A DNA stretch of 64,000 nucleotides from a virus. Taxonomy: Duplodnaviria > Caudoviricetes. Below are positions 8,869 through 17,970 of this stretch, piece after piece. The notes under the pieces were generated by a model that worked only from the letters and a program-made list of their open reading frames with translations, was not told the origin of the DNA and did no database searches. A program made the position numbers and the translations under genes. The stretch is taken from IMG/VR virus record IMGVR_UViG_3300014204_013734, positions 64,001-128,000 of that record, one strand, 5' to 3'. Position 1 is the stretch's first letter, and each line of letters opens with the position of its first letter.

Positions 8869-10077
8869 TCAGATAGTGGTTAGAGGATCTTCCTTGGACA
8901 CATGGCTGGTGTCGCCTTCGTCCAAAGTAGAAAAGTGAGGTTCCAACAGACCTATGGCTAAGTCCCGATTCTCCTTGTCGGGCAGGCCATCCAGCCATGC
9001 CTTACAAGCGACCTTCAGGATGTTGCCGGGAATTTTTTTCTGTACCGAAGTTTCCACTAGGTCCGTGGCATGCCCCAGAATGGTTTCCAAGGCCCGATGG
9101 GAGAATTCGGCGAAAAGACGCCCATCCGTGATAGCCTCCCGTAAAGAAACGGTTGCTCCACCCAATTGCTCAAACAGTTTGGGAACCCGACGCGCCAGCA
9201 TCGGGTACTTTGCCTTCAGGATGGGCTCTTCGTCCGTCCATGCCATGGGACGGAATTGGAAACGTCTTTGCCAACGTTCCATCAGGGATGCGTCCAACGG
9301 ATTGGACGACACCATACGTCCCCGGTCGTCCCCCGACCCGGCCGTGTTGCCGGTAGCGACAAGGCGGGTTCCAGGAAAAACCCGGTAGATCTTTCCTTCG
9401 GGGCCATCCACACGACCTTGGATGGAATCTGCAATTAGCCTCAGGTATTCCGCCTGCTCTTTGTCAGCTCTGTCGAAATCCGTGAACAGGACCAGATAAG
9501 GAATGACCCGACCACTTGAAGTGGTGTATCCGTCACGAAGTGCCTTCAGCACTTCGCCCTCTTCCCAAAAGGTACCGTTGGCGTTGAACGCCCGGATGAA
9601 AAACCAACTCTGAATGTCGGTTCCCGGCTTGATTTGCCGGATAATTGCTGGCGTTCTCGTTAGCGCCGACCATGCGTGATAGAGGGCGTCCTTTCCTGTT
9701 CCCGGAAGTCCCCATACATACGTATGTCTTCCCTTCATAAGGGCCACCAAGGCGTGACCCACGTCTTCACCCAATTCCTTCCCCATTGGGACCCGGTAAT
9801 GGGCCGGCAGAGGTAGACAATCGTCTACCGAAACATCGGGATTGAAAGGGAACCTGTACCGCCCGAACTGAACCATGAGGTTATCCGGTGTAGGTACTCC
9901 GTCACGCCGGACGTTCTTCGTCCGTTCCTTCCATGCTTCTTGGAAGCGCGGGCTTGCCACGGGCAGCCCAGGGTATTCCTTTTCGTATTCCGAAATACCC
10001 ATATTATGGGCTTCCCTGAGATGGGAGCCCAACCAATCCCCACAATCCTTTTTACATATTGCACATTCAATGCCCAT
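8869..10077 (-). CDS. MoxR/CobS-like AAA+ ATPase with N-terminal zinc finger
   Basis: CAIC...HLREAH; Walker A GLPGTGKD; ATGNTAG; LDASLMERW; FSHRAL. Confidence 0.8.
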   Translation of the reverse strand: MGIECAICKKDCGDWLGSHLREAHNMGISEYEKEYPGLPVASPRFQEAWKERTKNVRRDGVPTPDNLMVQFGRYRFPFNPDVSVDDCLPLPAHYRVPMGKELGEDVGHALVALMKGRHTYVWGLPGTGKDALYHAWSALTRTPAIIRQIKPGTDIQSWFFIRAFNANGTFWEEGEVLKALRDGYTTSSGRVIPYLVLFTDFDRADKEQAEYLRLIADSIQGRVDGPEGKIYRVFPGTRLVATGNTAGSGDDRGRMVSSNPLDASLMERWQRRFQFRPMAWTDEEPILKAKYPMLARRVPKLFEQLGGATVSLREAITDGRLFAEFSHRALETILGHATDLVETSVQKKIPGNILKVACKAWLDGLPDKENRDLAIGLLEPHFSTLDEGDTSHVSKEDPLTTI

Positions 10078-10217
10078 ATCAACCTCCAAGGCTAATGGTT
10101 TACATCCAAACACTTCGGACTACCCGACACAAAAAATTTCCAAGCCGGGAAAAGTTACGGCTTGGAATTCATTATGTCCCGGTAGTTAGAGCATGAACTG
10201 TGTGAAACGGAGGCAGA

Positions 10218-12620
10218 ATGCAAAAGACAGATAACTTGAATCCGATTATCAGGGGAGCTTCATACCGGACGATATACGAAGGCGTCGTCCGGGGGGTCCT
10301 CGGAAAAGATGCCCCTGAAGTCAGAAGTATGGGCGAACGGTTTTACAACCAGGACCGTTGGACGGGGCGGGAATTACTGGTACTTATGTGTACTTGGGCG
10401 GAAAAAAACCCAGGCTGCGTTCCGACACGAGCTGATGTATCGGAATGGGTTAAGAAGGCAAACAACGCCCCGACCCGCCGCCGCATGATTGTCATCGCCA
10501 ATACGCCTGACAAGCTTCCTTTACGTACCGCCATGGGATTGGTCGGTGGTGCGTATCACGAAGCTTTCCATTCTTTGTATTCCTGTCGGCGGCAACTTAA
10601 CGTTGACGAAGCGACAGCGATTATTTTGCCCCGATGGGCGAAAGTACCGGACTGGAGTCGATTGCCAAAGACTTTGTTGGATTGGTCCAATATCATTGAA
10701 GACACCAGAATTGAAAAAATGGGCAGGGAAGAATTTGAACCTGCCTTCATGAAGTTAGCGGATTTACAGGATTATATTATCATAAAAGAGAAAGAAAGTT
10801 GGGAGGGACAGCGTAGTTCAGGCAAACCCCCCAACGTGTTGTCCGTTGTTAGCAGGACCTTTCGGGATGTTGGCCTTGGTTATAACACGGACATCCAACG
10901 GGCGGCTTTGGAACAGTACAAGACCGACTCTCCCGAAGGTTACAGTTTGGTCATGGAGGGGCCTTTAACGCGTTTCCTCCGCGAAACCGTATCTCTGGGA
11001 GGAGACGATTTGGGTTGTATTCGTCTTGCCATGGACATCATAGCGGAACTTGTGAAACTGTCCAAAATGGACCAAGATGAACAAGAGGCTGAAGACGGAC
11101 AGGCCGGAGACGGCAAGACCAAGTGTCCGCAATGCGGTGCGGATGGGCACAACATCATCGTCCGACCCAAATCGGATGGCAACGGTGGAAAAATCAAAGG
11201 TGTTGGCATTGCTACCTGTACCGTTTGCGGATGGCAGGACGAAGTCAAGATCAAAGCTACGTCCAAACAAGCGGGTAGCGGATCATCCGATCCCAAAGAC
11301 ACCCCGCAGTTTGTGGGTTTTGACGTAGAAGATTTTGAAACTGGAATGGATCCTGGAAAGGACGGAGAAGGCAAGGAAAAGGGTGAAGAAGGAAAAGAAG
11401 AAGGAAAAGGAAAAGAAGGGGGGAGCGAAAGTGATACTGGGAAGGAACAAGGTGAAGGAAAAGAAGGTGAAGGTGAAGGAACAGAAGGTGAAGGAACGAA
11501 TCTAATAAAGGATGCCCCGCAGGCCTGCGGGGCAGGGGGCCACCATCAAGGCCCGGACCGAATTGCAGGAAATGATTGGTCGGAAGTTACCCAGGCTTTC
11601 CTGCAAGAAGTTGCTTCCGGTGCGGATGCCGGATTGCAAGACCTTGCCGCAACACTGGCGGAATCCGTTAAAGCCGCCTTAGATAAGGAATTGTCGGACG
11701 TAAATGCCGGGGAAGCCCCTTGGAATCCCTTGGATCTCGGTTTGGACACTGTCCAAGTCGTACTGCCTTCCCACAGGGGAAAGGAATGGGACCTACAACA
11801 AGCGGACAGCCTGTTGGCCTCGGTCAAACCGCAAACAGCTTACCTGCGAGCTAGGTTGAGGATGATCGTCCAGGCTATGACCCAAACGGCCGTTTACCAT
11901 GGGGTCAAAAAAGGAAGAAACCTTTCCGGTCGTTTTCTGGCGGACACCCACGTAGCCATTATGGGTCATAACAGCCCCAACCGGGCGTACTACACAAAAA
12001 CAACGCGGCTGGATATGTCAATGGCGGCTGCCATCGTCATGGACCAATCCGGCAGTATGCACTGCCGATTGGGATTGGCTACGCAAATCTTTTGCGCGTT
12101 GACGGAACCTCTTGACAGTCTTGGTTGCCCGACCCTAGCTATTGGATTCAGAAATGGGGAAAGGGGCGGCAACAGCCCCTGCCATGAAGATTCGGATAAC
12201 TATCACCGGACGAATGGGGTTACGTACGATATTTTCAAGGGATGGAATGAACGGTTCCGACCCATTCGTTGGCGCTTCGCCAACACCAGAGCAGATGGGG
12301 GAACCCCGATGGCAGACGGAATACAGTTTGCCATGACGGGGCTAAAAGGACGAACGGAAGCCAACAGGTTCCTGTTCGTCGTTACTGACGGGGGACCGGA
12401 CCCAAGCCACGCCCCCGTAGTCCGACGTCAATGTCGTATCGCAAAGGGAATGGGTATCCATATCATAGGGGTTGGAGTCGGTGACGGCGCCGAAGATGTA
12501 GTAACCCTGTTCCCGGACCACGTATGGTCCAAAAATGTTTCTGATATTCCAAGGCTGTTGGTAGCCAAGTTGAATGACTTGGTAGACATTCATTGCGGGC
12601 GAAAAAGGAATATAACGTGA
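10218..12620 (+). CDS. CobT-like vWA-domain protein (likely partner of the AAA+ ATPase)
   Basis: HEAFH and IIEDTRIE N-domain, acidic G/E-rich linker, MIDAS DQSGS, GGTP, VVTDG. Confidence 0.85.
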   Translation: MQKTDNLNPIIRGASYRTIYEGVVRGVLGKDAPEVRSMGERFYNQDRWTGRELLVLMCTWAEKNPGCVPTRADVSEWVKKANNAPTRRRMIVIANTPDKLPLRTAMGLVGGAYHEAFHSLYSCRRQLNVDEATAIILPRWAKVPDWSRLPKTLLDWSNIIEDTRIEKMGREEFEPAFMKLADLQDYIIIKEKESWEGQRSSGKPPNVLSVVSRTFRDVGLGYNTDIQRAALEQYKTDSPEGYSLVMEGPLTRFLRETVSLGGDDLGCIRLAMDIIAELVKLSKMDQDEQEAEDGQAGDGKTKCPQCGADGHNIIVRPKSDGNGGKIKGVGIATCTVCGWQDEVKIKATSKQAGSGSSDPKDTPQFVGFDVEDFETGMDPGKDGEGKEKGEEGKEEGKGKEGGSESDTGKEQGEGKEGEGEGTEGEGTNLIKDAPQACGAGGHHQGPDRIAGNDWSEVTQAFLQEVASGADAGLQDLAATLAESVKAALDKELSDVNAGEAPWNPLDLGLDTVQVVLPSHRGKEWDLQQADSLLASVKPQTAYLRARLRMIVQAMTQTAVYHGVKKGRNLSGRFLADTHVAIMGHNSPNRAYYTKTTRLDMSMAAAIVMDQSGSMHCRLGLATQIFCALTEPLDSLGCPTLAIGFRNGERGGNSPCHEDSDNYHRTNGVTYDIFKGWNERFRPIRWRFANTRADGGTPMADGIQFAMTGLKGRTEANRFLFVVTDGGPDPSHAPVVRRQCRIAKGMGIHIIGVGVGDGAEDVVTLFPDHVWSKNVSDIPRLLVAKLNDLVDIHCGRKRNIT

Positions 12621-12892
12621 AAGCAACGCACGAAGTTGCAACAGACAAGAGGGTACTTATCAAAGTCGTGTTTGAACGGGAATCCCCCAATGCGGATTCC
12701 CCGACCATTGAAGTAGTGTTTCAGGTGTATTTTCCGGAAACCTTTTCGGTAGATGGAAACATCAGGACGCTGTTCTGGTTGTCCGCAACCCGGGTCGATA
12801 CAAGGGAAGTCTTCTTCTTGACCGAAGAAGAAATCCAAGAGGTCATCCAAACCGCAGGAGACCATGCGGCTGAAATGGCTCCGGGATGGTGA
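12617..12892 (+). CDS. hypothetical protein
   Basis: GTG start overlapping the previous stop. Confidence 0.55.
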   Translation: MKATHEVATDKRVLIKVVFERESPNADSPTIEVVFQVYFPETFSVDGNIRTLFWLSATRVDTREVFFLTEEEIQEVIQTAGDHAAEMAPGW

Positions 12893-13266
12893 CCAAGATT
12901 CCAAAGTTTTTCTGTGTAGACAGGAACGGAATCAGCCGAACAGTCCTCCTTGTTGGCAGACACGCCGTCAAAATTCCCGTGCTTCGTTACGGTTGGAAAA
13001 AGTTCCTTCAGGGTCTTCTGGCCAACATGCAGGAACGGGAATTCTCAAAAGCAGGATGGCCAGAACTGTGTCCGGTCAAGTTCAGTCTACCGGGGGGATT
13101 CCTCCTGGTGATGCCCCGGGTCCAGGTCATGACCGACGAGGAATTTGACAGGTTTGATTATGTGGGATTCGTCTTCAAGGAAGACCGAAAAATCCCCGTT
13201 GAACCCAAATCCGATTCATTCGGGTGGCTTAACGGGTGTGTCGTCGCCATTGACTACGGAAATTGA
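12886..13266 (+). CDS. hypothetical protein (kinase-like remnant, C-terminal AIDYG)
   Basis: AVKIP...E...FGWLNG.VVAIDYG. Confidence 0.55.
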   Translation: MVTKIPKFFCVDRNGISRTVLLVGRHAVKIPVLRYGWKKFLQGLLANMQEREFSKAGWPELCPVKFSLPGGFLLVMPRVQVMTDEEFDRFDYVGFVFKEDRKIPVEPKSDSFGWLNGCVVAIDYGN

Positions 13267-13322
13267 TCGGGTATTCTGTTGGAAATGGTTCCACATCGGA
13301 ACCTGGAAAGAAGAAAAGAAAC

Positions 13323-14318
13323 ATGGACAAGATGGAAATCACCTGCTATGGACCCCGTGGGTCCCGTCCCGCCGCTTCCCGAAAGGGTTTTTCAACCGTT
13401 GAATTCGGTGGGGACACCAATTGCTACTACGTCAAAGCCGGCCCATTCCGGATCATCCTTGATGACGGCACTGGGGTCGCCATCCTGGGAGATGACCTGA
13501 TGAAGAACGGAATCATTGGGGAATCCTTCATCAACCTGATCACGCATTACCATTGGGACCACCTCGACGGAATGTCCTTCTGTATCCCGTATTTCATCGG
13601 GACGAATACATTCCACATCCACGGCCCCATTCCGTCTGGTTACGAAGCCACAGGTCAACCCAGATCGGCCGTTGAGATGATGCTGGCCATCCAGCAGTCA
13701 AACCCCCTCTTCCCGGTCGCACACGAATGTTTGCCCGCCCGCAAACTTTATACCGGGCATGCGAGGCAATTTTCCAACACCGTCCTGTACACCAACTTGG
13801 TGGGACCGACCGGCAAGCAAGAATACCGGCAAATTGAAAACATTTCCGACGTTTTTCTCAAAAAGGATTTGTTGAAGATCACAACCATCCCTTTGAACCA
13901 TCCCGATGGTTGCCTCGGATACCGGATTGATTGGATGGACATGTCCATCGCTTATTGCACGGACAATGAACCGTTCCGGAAACCCAATGCACAGATCACG
14001 AAACTGGCCAAGAATGTCAACTGGTTGTTACTGGACGGACAATACGACGAAAGCGAAATCGGAGGGATGCAGCAAGGGTTCGGTCATGGGACCCCGCAAT
14101 CCTGCATTGAACAGGCAATGGCCTGCGATGCCAAATTTCTTGTCGTATCCCACCATGAACCGAAACGAAATGACACTTCCTTATCCTTGATGGAACAGGA
14201 AGCCCGAGGGTTTGCCCACAGGACTGGATTTTCCTCCCCCTTGGAATTCGCCAGAGAAGGGCGTGTCTGGAACGTCACTGTGGATGGTGTTACTTGCTTG
14301 GAAGGAAGTAATCAATGA
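13323..14318 (+). CDS. metallo-beta-lactamase-fold hydrolase (RNase Z/phosphodiesterase-like)
   Basis: GPRGSRP, GGDTNC, THYHWDH (HxHxDH), NHP, TDNE, DGQY, GH, SHHEP. Confidence 0.85.
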   Translation: MDKMEITCYGPRGSRPAASRKGFSTVEFGGDTNCYYVKAGPFRIILDDGTGVAILGDDLMKNGIIGESFINLITHYHWDHLDGMSFCIPYFIGTNTFHIHGPIPSGYEATGQPRSAVEMMLAIQQSNPLFPVAHECLPARKLYTGHARQFSNTVLYTNLVGPTGKQEYRQIENISDVFLKKDLLKITTIPLNHPDGCLGYRIDWMDMSIAYCTDNEPFRKPNAQITKLAKNVNWLLLDGQYDESEIGGMQQGFGHGTPQSCIEQAMACDAKFLVVSHHEPKRNDTSLSLMEQEARGFAHRTGFSSPLEFAREGRVWNVTVDGVTCLEGSNQ

Positions 14319-15085
14319 AACTGGACCAAGAAACAATCAACGTCCTTGACAGGTGCCGGATTGAAGGGAAGACCCTGTTTCTTCCTCAAGGGCAGTTACC
14401 CCGCGACCTATACGTGAAGGTTGACAAGGTTCTGAAATCGTTCGGCGGGAAGTGGGACAAGAAGGCCAAGGCACACCTGTTTGACGAGGACCCTTCGGAA
14501 GGATTGGAAAACGTCCTGGCTACGGGGGAGATGACGGACTGGAAGAAGGAACTCCAATTCTTTGAAACCCCGCCCGAAATTGTAGCCCGAATGATCAAGA
14601 TGGCTGATGTCCAGGCAAAGGACAAGGTTCTGGAGCCTTCGGCCGGCAAGGGGGCGATTGTAACGAAACTGTTGGAAGGAGGTGCCACGGTGTGGGCCGT
14701 GGAAACAGACCTAAAAATGGCTTCAAACATGGCAGTAAACGTTCTTTCTACCTTCCATATGGACTTCCTGCAATGGCCCCCTGATAAATTGGCGATTCGA
14801 TCCGATGGAACTTGCTTCTTTGACAAGGTAGTCATGAATCCCCCGTTCCGCAAGCAACAGGACATTGATCACGTCCGTCACGCTTTCAAATTCCTGAAAC
14901 CCAGTGGAACCTTGGTCAGCGTCATGTCGGAAGGGACTTTCTACAGGGAAACCAAGAAAGCGCAGGATTTCCGAACCTGGATGGACGGATTGGAACACGA
15001 AATTGTGTCCTTGGACGAAGGTGCCTTCAAGGCTTCCGGCACCATGGTCAAAACGCGTCTGGTCAAAATCGTCCGAAAGAACTGA
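14315..15085 (+). CDS. N6-adenine DNA methyltransferase
   Basis: QFFETP, VLEPSAGKG, VVMNPPF. Confidence 0.85.
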   Translation: MKLDQETINVLDRCRIEGKTLFLPQGQLPRDLYVKVDKVLKSFGGKWDKKAKAHLFDEDPSEGLENVLATGEMTDWKKELQFFETPPEIVARMIKMADVQAKDKVLEPSAGKGAIVTKLLEGGATVWAVETDLKMASNMAVNVLSTFHMDFLQWPPDKLAIRSDGTCFFDKVVMNPPFRKQQDIDHVRHAFKFLKPSGTLVSVMSEGTFYRETKKAQDFRTWMDGLEHEIVSLDEGAFKASGTMVKTRLVKIVRKN

Positions 15086-15103
15086 TCCTGACCTTCAAAA
15101 CAG

Positions 15104-15139
15104 AAGAAGGCCCCGACACAATCATGTCGGGGCCTTCTT
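15104..15139. terminator. hairpin terminator between convergent units
   Basis: Perfect 15-bp inverted repeat AAGAAGGCCCCGACA-caatca-TGTCGGGGCCTTCTT. Confidence 0.8.
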
Positions 15140-15142
15140 ATT

Positions 15143-15208
15143 CCTAAGCAATTAGCCCTATTAGGTTACCGTCCGGCACCAACGTGGAGGTTGCTTAGGT
15201 TGTCGGAT
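15143..15208 (-). ncRNA. HDV-like (theta-type) ribozyme 1, 3' of tRNA-Ser(CGA)
   Basis: P1 AUCCGAC/GCCGGAC (two A-C mismatches), P2 CCUAAGCA/UGCUUAGG, P3 ACC/GGU, L3 UCCACGUU, P1.1 GG, short P4, J4/2 GCUAAU. Confidence 0.8.
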
Positions 15209-15297
15209 CGGAAGGAGAGGGAATTGAACCCTCAAGGGAGTGTTAGTCCTCGTCCGGTTTCGAACCGGGTGCAGTCAGCCAATCTGCTTGTCCTTCC
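15209..15297 (-). tRNA. tRNA-Ser(CGA), no encoded CCA
   Basis: Acceptor GGAAGGA/UCCUUCC + G73; anticodon loop UU-CGA-AA; long variable arm. Confidence 0.9.
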
Positions 15298-15302
15298 AAA
15301 AA

Positions 15303-15379
15303 TGGTACGTCCGGCCAGGCTCGAACTGGCGATCCCCGGCTTCGGAGGCCGGTGCTCTATCCATCTGAGCTACGGACGC
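15303..15379 (-). tRNA. tRNA-Arg(CCG)
   Basis: CCGGC-CU-CCG-AA-GCCGG; T-loop UUCGAGC; ends ACCA. Confidence 0.93.
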
Positions 15380-15870
15380 GGAAATTTTGCCATCAAGGCT
15401 TTGGCCACGGGGTCTGGCACAAACTGCTGAAAGGGTCCCCCAAGGGCGGCAAGTTCCTTGACCATGGACGACGAAACTTCGGACACGGCCGGATCCGTAA
15501 CCAGCATGACCGTTTCAATGGAGGGCTTAATCCGTCGGTTGATAGAAGCCAAAGAAAACTCGACGGGAAAATCCTGAACGGGACGAAGCCCGCGGATCAT
15601 GGCACAAGCCCCAAGTTCGGCGGCAAAGTCAACCAGAAGCTTTCCTTCAGGTAAAGCTTCCAGACGCACCTTGGATGAAAACCCAACCGGGAGTGATTGT
15701 TGGATCAAGTCCAACCTTTCTTCCAAAGTGAAGGTCGCTTTCTTGGCGGAATTCTGTGCAATCACTACTACCAACCTATCAAAAAGTTCCGCTGCCCTGC
15801 TGATGATGTCCAAGTGGCCATTCGTGATCGGGTCAAAAGACCCTGCATAAATTGCAACACGTTCGGTCAT
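15370..15870 (-). CDS. coaD: phosphopantetheine adenylyltransferase
   Basis: AIYAGSFDPITNGHLDII, FTLEERL, IRGLR..DF..E, ETV, VSSSMVKELA. Confidence 0.93.
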   Translation of the reverse strand: MTERVAIYAGSFDPITNGHLDIISRAAELFDRLVVVIAQNSAKKATFTLEERLDLIQQSLPVGFSSKVRLEALPEGKLLVDFAAELGACAMIRGLRPVQDFPVEFSLASINRRIKPSIETVMLVTDPAVSEVSSSMVKELAALGGPFQQFVPDPVAKALMAKFPRP

Positions 15871-16022
15871 GAAGTGCCTCCTTGAAAGGACATACCCTTT
15901 TTCGGGGTAACTTGTTGAAGATGGCTTCATCTTCTTGTCTAAACTACCCGAAGCCCTCCAGTTCCAAGCCGTAAAATTCATGGTTTGGAAAACCATGACC
16001 CTTTTTTGAGGAGCTTTTGTCC

Positions 16023-17246
16023 ATGGCTTTGAAAAAGATCCCGGCCATACCCGCTGATTCCGCTTTGACCAAAGCCCTTAATTTGAAGGAAGCATCAGGA
16101 AAGGAAAAATGGGACTTTTCTTTCATTGATCTATTCGCGGGTATCGGAGGGTTCCGACTGGCCTTGGAATCCCTCGGCGGAAACTGCGTGTTTTCGTCGG
16201 AATGGGACAAGCAATCCCAGGACACCTACGAAAGGAACCACGGGGAACGACCTCAAGGGGACATCACGAAAATCGACCCGTTTTCCATCCCCGACCACGA
16301 CATCCTGACGGGCGGTTTCCCGTGCCAGACATTCTCCCTTGCCGGAATAACCAGATTGTCAAGTTTGGGCAGGGAACATGGCATGAGGGACACAACGAAG
16401 GGAACCTTATTTGGGTACACGAAGGAAATCATTACCGCAAAGCGTCCGAAGATGTTCATCCTAGAAAACGTCAAGAACCTAAAATTCCATGACGAAGGCA
16501 GGACCTTCAGGACCATCGTGGAACACCTACAGGGCCTGGACTATGAAGTGTCCTCTTCAATCCAAACTAGCGTCTGGTGGGTCCCGCAACACCGGGAACG
16601 TATGTTTATCGTAGGGTTTGATCTCCAACGGTTTGATCCGAAATCGGTTCAGGAAAACTGGGCCTTCCCCGACCCGCCGAAATTGGTAGATGGTCGATTA
16701 CCTGTGATGAAGGATATTATGGAAAAGAATCCGGATGAACGCTACCGGTTGACTGATCTTCAGTGGAGCACTCTTCAGAATCGTTTCAAGGGACACCAGA
16801 AAGGATCCTCAAAGCCCTGGGGATTCAGCTACGATTTGAATTCCGAAGAAACAATTGCCAAGACATTGATGGCAGACATTAAAGGAGGGTCCGCCCTGCT
16901 CATTCAAGACGACCCAACCAAAAATCCACGGAGACCAACCCCAAGAGAATGCGCCCGATTGATGGGATTTCCTGATACTTTTCAAACATTGCAAGCACAA
17001 AGACTTGTACAGAAACAGTTCGGAAACGCCGTCGTTCCCCCTCTGATCCGCCACATTGCTACGGCAATGCTGCGTGCTACAGACAACTTTCTGCCTAACC
17101 TCAATCCGATGCCAAAGGACACCATCCTAAACGTGCAAGTTGTAGCCCCGGAAAAGAAGACTGGAAAGAATAGGAAAATAGTACAAAAAGAACCGGAAGT
17201 CTGTTGTGGGTTGGAACAGTTGTTCAATGAAGATCAGAAAACCTGA
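16023..17246 (+). CDS. C5-cytosine DNA methyltransferase
   Basis: FIDLFAGIGGF, GDI, GGFPCQ, ENV, PQHRER, RECARLMGFP, QFGNAVV. Confidence 0.93.
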   Translation: MALKKIPAIPADSALTKALNLKEASGKEKWDFSFIDLFAGIGGFRLALESLGGNCVFSSEWDKQSQDTYERNHGERPQGDITKIDPFSIPDHDILTGGFPCQTFSLAGITRLSSLGREHGMRDTTKGTLFGYTKEIITAKRPKMFILENVKNLKFHDEGRTFRTIVEHLQGLDYEVSSSIQTSVWWVPQHRERMFIVGFDLQRFDPKSVQENWAFPDPPKLVDGRLPVMKDIMEKNPDERYRLTDLQWSTLQNRFKGHQKGSSKPWGFSYDLNSEETIAKTLMADIKGGSALLIQDDPTKNPRRPTPRECARLMGFPDTFQTLQAQRLVQKQFGNAVVPPLIRHIATAMLRATDNFLPNLNPMPKDTILNVQVVAPEKKTGKNRKIVQKEPEVCCGLEQLFNEDQKT

Positions 17247-17504
17247 CAACAGGAAATCAAACCTTCCGTCTCCGATAAAAAATGGGCATACTAGTTGTAT
17301 GCCCGGATTCACCGCTAATGGAAAGCAACTTCCGGAGATAGGTGCTGTGTTTTGGTGAGGTAAACACGGCACTTCATCCGAACCGTCCACCAGCCCTTCT
17401 GCCGCTACTGTGATAAACACAGAAGGTGCAGAATTAACCCTAGTGTAACCGCGGTTCTTCTTCAAGTCAAGAAGAAAATAAACGTTATCAAGGGTCGGGG
17501 TCAT
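17127..17504 (-). CDS. hypothetical protein
   Basis: Good RBS (AAGGAGG) and GGTAG motif upstream; 3' end overlaps the methyltransferase tail. Confidence 0.4.
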   Translation of the reverse strand: MTPTLDNVYFLLDLKKNRGYTRVNSAPSVFITVAAEGLVDGSDEVPCLPHQNTAPISGSCFPLAVNPGIQLVCPFFIGDGRFDFLLSGFLIFIEQLFQPTTDFRFFLYYFPILSSLLFRGYNLHV

Positions 17505-17559
17505 GAAACCCTCCTTCCCCATAACTACCGGGAAAGAAGGGTTTCCAAGCCGTTTGAAA

Positions 17560-17635
17560 TGGAGCTGACGGCGGTGATTGAAACCGCAACTTTCGCCCTA
17601 CCGAAGCGACGCTCTACCAACTGAGCTACGTCAGC
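17560..17635 (-). tRNA. tRNA-Thr(GGT), C33
   Basis: Acceptor GCUGACG/CGUCAGC + UCCA; anticodon loop UC-GGU-AG. Confidence 0.88.
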
Positions 17636-17641
17636 AAAAAA

Positions 17642-17716
17642 TGGAGCCTCGGCAGGAAATTGAATCCTGTTCTGCGGTTTACAGGACCGCCGCATCACCG
17701 ACAATGCTTCCGAGGC
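17642..17716 (-). tRNA. tRNA-Thr(TGT), C33
   Basis: Acceptor GCCUCGG/CCGAGGC + UCCA; GCGGU-CC-UGU-AA-ACCGC. Confidence 0.85.
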
Positions 17717-17720
17717 ATTT

Positions 17721-17803
17721 TCCAAGTAATTGGCCCTGCCCCTTTTCGGGGGGAATGCAGGTTGACATCCGACACCTCGTGAAGGTTACTTGGATCGTCG
17801 GAC
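17721..17803 (-). ncRNA. HDV-like (theta-type) ribozyme 2, 3' of tRNA-Thr(CGT)
   Basis: P1 GUCCGAC/GUCGGAU (G1-U wobble), P2 UCCAAGUA/UACUUGGA, P3 ACC/GGU, L3 UUCACGA, P4 CCUGC..GCAGG, J4/2 GCCAAU. Confidence 0.88.
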
Positions 17804-17875
17804 AGCTAGCAGAAAGACTTGAACTTTCAACCTTCGGTTTACGGAACCGTTGCTCTACCATTGAGCTATGCTAGC
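17804..17875 (-). tRNA. tRNA-Thr(CGT), C33, no encoded CCA
   Basis: Acceptor GCUAGCA/UGCUAGC + U73; anticodon loop UC-CGU-AA. Confidence 0.88.
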
Positions 17876-17880
17876 AAAAA

Positions 17881-17964
17881 TGGTACGAGGGGAGGAAATT
17901 GAATCCTCAAGGGTTTCCCCACACGGGTTTAAACCGTGCGCGTTTCCCATTCCGCCACCCTCGC
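17881..17964 (-). tRNA. tRNA-Leu(TAA)
   Basis: CACGG-UU-UAA-AC-CCGUG; long variable arm; ends ACCA. Confidence 0.9.
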
Positions 17965-17970
17965 ATAAAA

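Noticed and set aside
17642-17716. Reading this tRNA as Tyr(GTA)
   Set aside because: The 5-bp stem centres UGU in a 7-nt loop; the short variable arm, GCC acceptor start and U73 fit Thr; a proper Tyr tRNA exists at 18940.
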